This document shows, piece after piece, positions 39,881 through 41,366 of a stretch of 41,366 nt of DNA (the first letter of the stretch is position 1; the number at the start of each line of letters is the position of its first letter). Where the stretch lies: sequence record SRR22947725_1140; one strand, 5' to 3'. Made by a program: the position numbers and the translations under genes. The notes under the pieces are model-generated. The model made no database searches. It had not been told where the DNA came from and was given only the letters and a program-made list of their open reading frames with translations.

Positions 39881-40990
39881 TTATAAACTGCCATCAAGCG
39901 CCTCAAGAATTGCATCTCCCATATCTGTGGTAGATACTGGTTTCATATCCTCCGCTTGCATCAAATCAGGTGTCCTAATCCCCTTTGCGAGAACTGCATC
40001 TATTGCACCCTCCAAACGTTTAGCCTCGTCTAATTCATTAAAAGAGTACCTTAATGCCATCGCAAAACTTAGTATGCAAGCAATGGGATTTGCTTTTCCT
40101 TGTCCCTCAATATCAGGTGCAGAACCATGAACAGGCTCATATAAAGCCTTTGGTTTGCCATTTTCATCCGGCAAGCCTAATGAAGCTGATGGGAGCATAC
40201 CCAAAGAGCCAGTCAACATAGCCGCCACGTCACTTAGCATATCGCCAAATAAATTATCCGTTACAATAACATCAAATTGTTTCGGCGCTCGTACTAGTTG
40301 CATTCCTCCAGCATCCGCATACATATGGCTTAACTCGACGTCTGGGTATTCGTTATCGTGCACCCATTGCACCTCTTCACGCCATAATATCCCTGATTCC
40401 ATGACATTTGCCTTTTCCATAGAGCAAACTCTGTTATCTCTTTTTCTTGCTAACTCGAATGCTGATCGGGCTACACGTCGTATTTCATTAGTAGTATATC
40501 TTTGCGTGTTTATACCAACTCTTCCACCTTCATTGTCCTCTTGGATCCCTCTTGGTTCTCCAAAATATATTCCACTAGTTAATTCACGGACAATCATAAT
40601 ATCTAATCCAGCTACAAGTTCTTTTTTTAACGACGAAAAATCTGCTAAAGCATCAAAGCATTGTGCTGGTCTTAAATTAGAAAATAAATCTAATTCTTTT
40701 CTTAGCCTAAGAAGCCCACGTTCCGGCTTAACGCTAAAATCTAAGTTGTCATATTTTGGCCCACCGACAGCTCCAAGCAACACTGCATCAACTTTTAGAG
40801 CTTTGGCAACAGTCTCATCAGTAATTGGCACACCAAACTTATCATAGGCTGCCCCCCCAACTAAGTCTGTGGTTATATCAAAATACAAATTTCTATTGGA
40901 ACCAAACCAATCTATAACCCTTATTACTTGATCCATAACTTCTGGACCTATTCCATCACCAGGTAAAATTAATATAGAAGGTTTAGTCAT
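39881..40990 (-). CDS. leuB: 3-isopropylmalate dehydrogenase
   Basis: [44 protein letters not shown]. Confidence 0.98.
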   Translation of the reverse strand: MTKPSILILPGDGIGPEVMDQVIRVIDWFGSNRNLYFDITTDLVGGAAYDKFGVPITDETVAKALKVDAVLLGAVGGPKYDNLDFSVKPERGLLRLRKELDLFSNLRPAQCFDALADFSSLKKELVAGLDIMIVRELTSGIYFGEPRGIQEDNEGGRVGINTQRYTTNEIRRVARSAFELARKRDNRVCSMEKANVMESGILWREEVQWVHDNEYPDVELSHMYADAGGMQLVRAPKQFDVIVTDNLFGDMLSDVAAMLTGSLGMLPSASLGLPDENGKPKALYEPVHGSAPDIEGQGKANPIACILSFAMALRYSFNELDEAKRLEGAIDAVLAKGIRTPDLMQAEDMKPVSTTDMGDAILEALDGSL

Positions 40991-41074
40991 TCAATTTCTC
41001 CGTTACTTATTTATTTTCATAATGTTCAAAATTTATTAAAATACATTGGTCCTTAATAGATTTAACATAAATGA

Positions 41075-41365
41075 TTAAACCCAAGGTCGAGAAACAGCTG
41101 CCTGTTTCTCAAAATTTTGTATAGAAGCCTCTTTTTCTAAAGTTAAATCAATATCATCTAAGCCGTTCATCAAACAATGCTTTCTGAATGGATCTACTTT
41201 AAAATTAAAGACTACACCATCGGAAGACGTAACAGTCTGAGTTTCTAAATCGATACTAATTCTAGCGTTCGATCCTTTCTCTGCGTCCTTCATAAGGACA
41301 TCAACTTCTTCAAGAGGAAGTACAATTGGTAAAATACCATTTTTAAAACAATTATTATAAAAAAT
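41075..41365 (-). CDS. leuD: 3-isopropylmalate dehydratase small subunit (5' end outside the window)
   Basis: The frame is open to the window end and reads [13 protein letters not shown]...IDLETQ...[17 protein letters not shown]. It lies upstream of leuB. Confidence 0.95.
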   Translation of the reverse strand: MFYNNCFKNGILPIVLPLEEVDVLMKDAEKGSNARISIDLETQTVTSSDGVVFNFKVDPFRKHCLMNGLDDIDLTLEKEASIQNFEKQAAVSRPWV

Positions 41366-41366
41366 A

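Noticed and set aside
40155-40847. 230-aa + strand ORF
   Set aside because: Antisense shadow lying fully inside leuB, with no recognisable motifs.
1-41366. tRNA, rRNA, CRISPR array, integrase, transposase or defence genes
   Set aside because: Intergenic gaps are all under about 170 bp, and I saw no cloverleaf, repeat-spacer pattern or mobile-element or defence motif.

Overview
This is a gene-dense, AT-rich (roughly one-third GC by eye) chromosomal segment. Protein motifs and gene order point to a genome-streamlined alphaproteobacterium, most likely a marine Rhodobacteraceae/Roseobacter-group lineage (inference). It holds 41 CDSs, almost all housekeeping: recQ (partial), yaaA, imuB, typA, rnr, dapE/dapD, mepA, argG, hslO-nudL-cca, rlmD-like, dxs-ispA-xseB, HDAC, petR/petP-like, ilvE, M17 peptidase, carbonic anhydrase, asd, a small LPS-related cluster, leuB and leuD (partial). 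I saw no tRNA, rRNA, CRISPR array or mobile element. The most notable observations are: (1) a class-IV aminotransferase-fold gene in which the canonical Schiff-base Lys and the PLP-pyridine Glu appear replaced, coupled to a sulfotransferase-like gene, possibly a non-canonical PLP/PAPS two-enzyme module; (2) a stand-alone imuB with a perfect alphaproteobacterial LexA box but no adjacent imuA or dnaE2; (3) a hexamer microsatellite filling the spacer in front of a glycine-zipper lipoprotein; (4) a palindromic operator between petP and ilvE. All calls come from reading motifs by eye; no database search was run.
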